Source of the DNA: Eledone cirrhosa | Lineage: Eukaryota | Direction: 5' to 3' | DNA length: 64,000 bases | Assembly: GCA_964016885.1 (NCBI GenBank) | Contig: OZ024740.1 | Location: 168,578,001 to 168,642,000, forward strand | The notes under the pieces: generated by a model | Database searches by the model: none | What the model was told of the DNA's origin: nothing | The model's input: the letters and a program-made list of their open reading frames with translations, nothing else | In this document: piece after piece, positions 63,818 to 64,000 of the stretch | Position numbering within the stretch: position 1 is the stretch's first letter | Layout of the letters: each line of letters opens with the position of its first letter | Made by a program: the position numbers and the translations under genes

Positions 63818-64000
63818 GAATTCTACAGGACTAGAACTGTTTCATTCAAAAGAAATCATCAGGAAAGCCATACTGTGGTTACTCCTGATTGAACCCAACA
63901 CACACACATGGAAGAAATATATCAATTTAACGTTTGAAATAGCAGGAAGAGAGTCTTAATGTTTCGATATATATATATCTTCTCAGACCGGGTGATGTGT

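Noticed and set aside
63828-63867. CTGATGA-tttcttttgaat-GAAAc on the minus strand
   Set aside because: Stems I and III do not pair; at best a decayed remnant

Overview
AT-rich eukaryotic animal DNA dominated by transposable elements. The repeat repertoire (RTE LINEs with (GAT)n tails, tRNA-headed SINEs, a TTAA-flanked MITE, huge interrupted (TA)n tracts) looks like an octopus/coleoid cephalopod; this is an inference. No intact host gene is visible. One convincing 45-nt frame-preserving exon (38963-39007, +) with downstream TGCATG motifs suggests much of the window is intron. Contents: about 20 5'-truncated copies of at least four related RTE families whose RT has a C4HC3 (PHD-type) finger inserted in it; CR1-clade and CRE-like fragments; two decayed Penelope-like elements (PLE; RT + GIY-YIG); three SINE families; several MITEs. 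The most striking signal not covered by the ORF track is a dense set of minimal type-I hammerhead ribozyme folds (CTGANGA...GAAA-short, mostly palindromic stem III-UH). They occur in at least ten unrelated short non-coding modules that appear as solo, tandem, fold-back and inverted-terminal units, mostly inside or next to (TA)n tracts. All Tyr/Ile-rich ORFs are microsatellite artefacts. Coordinates were read by eye and element boundaries are approximate.
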